Assembly: GCA_045544855.1 (NCBI GenBank)
Contig: JAZPZV010000042.1
Span: 16,399-80,398 of the forward strand
Reading direction: 5' to 3'
Length of the DNA: 64,000 nucleotides
Origin: Eubacteriales bacterium
GTDB taxonomy: Bacteria > Bacillota > Clostridia > Oscillospirales > CAG-382
Positions 62,202-64,000 of this stretch are shown here, piece by piece (the stretch's first letter is position 1; each line of letters starts with the position of its first letter). A model generated the notes under the pieces. It had not been told where the DNA came from, searched no databases, and saw nothing but the letters and a program-made list of their open reading frames with translations. The position numbers and the translations under genes are program-made.

Positions 62202-64000
62202 TTACACCAAGTTCCCGTTGATCCCGCTGACGTAAAACGTTCCGTCGCTCTTGGCGGTAAATCGTAGCATCAGCCACAAATCATATTCGCCGCATCTGAA
62301 CTCCAGAGAGGCAATGGTAGAGCCTCCCCATGTCACACAAGCGGCATCCCACTCTTCCACGTACCAGGAATCGGAAAGATAATGGCTGTATTTCAATAGC
62401 CAGCGTAACATCTCGTAGCCCCGCAGATCCAAGGGATGCTCGTAGGACGGGATCTCCGTAGCAGGCAACATCTCTTCTGCGTACATAGGCAGGTAAGGCA
62501 GCAACGCTTCATAGTCATCTTCACTGCAGGAACGCAGGCTTTGGTAGAAGCCGTCTATAAACGCTTCAAACTTCTCTTGATACCGATCCATGACCTCCCA
62601 ATAGGGCATACCGGTTTCAACCGTCTCGTACTTCCCCAACAGCAACGTACCTTCCGTACTGGAAAACTGCGCAACACCGTTACAATAGGTATCAAAATGA
62701 TACCACCTTGTGAAGGATCGGTGTTTCTCCTTCCATTCCCCCTCTTGCAAGCGGTAGATAACGGAACCTCCTTCCGGAAGCTTTCCTGTCAGCCACTCTC
62801 CGGTGAACTCAATAAAGCCGTACATACCCAAAGGGAAGATCTCTTCTCCCTGCAAGGTCAATAAAGCATTGCTTCCGTTTCCCAACACCCGCAGATAACC
62901 GTATTCTTCGCGGATCTGCATTCTTTGTTCAGAGTCGTACAAAATCTCACCGTCAACTGCCACGGCGTATTCTGTGTATCTGTACAACGCACCTTCGGAA
63001 TATTCCACCACTTCGCGGGAGAGCAGCTCCACACCGTCACCGTAGACACCCTCCACGGTGTAGCTTTCCTCGTCCTCGGAGGATTCCGAAGAGCTATCCT
63101 GTGAGGTTTCCTCCGATCCCTCTTGCGAGGGAACGGAAAGTGTACTATCCACCCACGTGGCTCGAAGCAACTCTACTGCAAAGGGGAACTCGCCGAAGGA
63201 TTCCTCCGGCAGATACGTCCAGCCGTCTTTCGTTTTGCGGAAGACAGCACGGCGGTTTTCATCTTCGGCGAGCAATTCCAGACGATCGTCTTGCAATTTC
63301 CAACGTCCTTTGATCTGCTCTGTTTCGTCGTCCTCGGAGAAGAACCAGCCGAAAAGCTTTTCCTCTTGCTTTTGCACCATATACAGGGCGGAGACTCTGC
63401 CCGACTCATATTCGCTTGTATACATCCCCATGAGGCGGTACTGCTTCTGATAGGTGAGCCCATCTCCCTCTCTTGTAACGGGACCGAAATAGTGCGCATC
63501 TCCCTCGATGGTTTGCAGCCAGAGGAACTGTTCCGAATCGGCAAAACACCAGCCGGAAAAAGCTTCTACCCCTTTGATCTCCAAATATACATCGTTGGCA
63601 TAGTCGTAAACAAATCCGCAGGCTTTTTCTCGGGCTTCGTCTTGATATCCACTGACACAAACGTCCGCTAAGCCGTCTCCCGATGCATCCGCCAAGGCAA
63701 AGAAGAAAATCTCCCGTAATACGTCCAGCGTTTTCGTTTCGCCGGCAGATTGGATCTCCAATCGGTGGTTCTTGGTAACGCGGAAGATCACGCCCGGAAA
63801 GTCCTCCGTGGTCAGTTCCACAGGCAAATAATCGTCCAACGGAATGATGTGGGAGTTTTGCAAAATGGGAATTCCGTTCTCCTCCCCCACAGGATCGGTC
63901 AAGAAGAACACGCCAACGGCGACGCAAGCCAAGATAGCGATCAGTAGCACCCAGAAGGCGGGCTTTTTGTAATGCAAAACGGACTTGATGCGGGTCTTCA
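62202..64000 (-). CDS. Membrane-anchored protein with a large uncharacterised extracytoplasmic domain; 5' end probably off-window
   Basis: The frame stays open upstream of the track start (..KTRIKSVLHYKKPAFWVLLIAILACVAVGV). This junction resembles the last TM of BlaR1/M56-type or anti-sigma sensor proteins, a resemblance recalled from memory only. Confidence 0.55.
   Translation of the reverse strand, partial: KTRIKSVLHYKKPAFWVLLIAILACVAVGVFFLTDPVGEENGIPILQNSHIIPLDDYLPVELTTEDFPGVIFRVTKNHRLEIQSAGETKTLDVLREIFFFALADASGDGLADVCVSGYQDEAREKACGFVYDYANDVYLEIKGVEAFSGWCFADSEQFLWLQTIEGDAHYFGPVTREGDGLTYQKQYRLMGMYTSEYESGRVSALYMVQKQEEKLFGWFFSEDDETEQIKGRWKLQDDRLELLAEDENRRAVFRKTKDGWTYLPEESFGEFPFAVELLRATWVDSTLSVPSQEGSEETSQDSSSESSEDEESYTVEGVYGDGVELLSREVVEYSEGALYRYTEYAVAVDGEILYDSEQRMQIREEYGYLRVLGNGSNALLTLQGEEIFPLGMYGFIEFTGEWLTGKLPEGGSVIYRLQEGEWKEKHRSFTRWYHFDTYCNGVAQFSSTEGTLLLGKYETVETGMPYWEVMDRYQEKFEAFIDGFYQSLRSCSEDDYEALLPYLPMYAEEMLPATEIPSYEHPLDLRGYEMLRWLLKYSHYLSDSWYVEEWDAACVTWGGSTIASLEFRCGEYDLWLMLRFTAKSDGTFYVSGINGNLV

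Overview
The window is about 60% GC and looks like chromosome from a spore-forming, strictly anaerobic Clostridia member (Oscillospiraceae/Ruminococcaceae-like). Evidence for this: spoIVB, a glycyl-radical enzyme, rubredoxin with reverse rubrerythrin, and dockerin modules. I support about 39 protein genes. Housekeeping genes are few: spoIVB, recG, dusB, a MATE exporter with a LysR regulator, and an ABC exporter. Most of the window encodes exported proteins. These include seven discoidin-domain (F5/8 type C-like) lipoproteins or surface enzymes, two orphan solute-binding lipoproteins, PepSY proteins, a 4117-aa S8-protease/LRR/dockerin giant, and a dockerin/transglutaminase-like/LRR protein on an AT-rich island. 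No rRNA gene, tRNA gene, CRISPR array, transposase or integrase was found. Best candidates for undescribed biology: (1) a hand-foldable T-box Stem I with a Leu (CUC) specifier in front of a fused TIM-barrel::acyl-AMP/CoA-ligase gene. This gene is divergent from an orphan oxidoreductase + short glycyl-radical enzyme + activase operon, and the two share a palindromic control region. (2) The dispersed discoidin-lipoprotein toolkit, including a triplicated gene with a homogenised leader and a diverged binding domain. (3) The giant-gene cassette bracketed by PepSY 3'-end repeats. (4) A 1.3-kb repeat-built non-coding region between two XRE regulators. All domain calls come from motifs read by eye. 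No database search was run.
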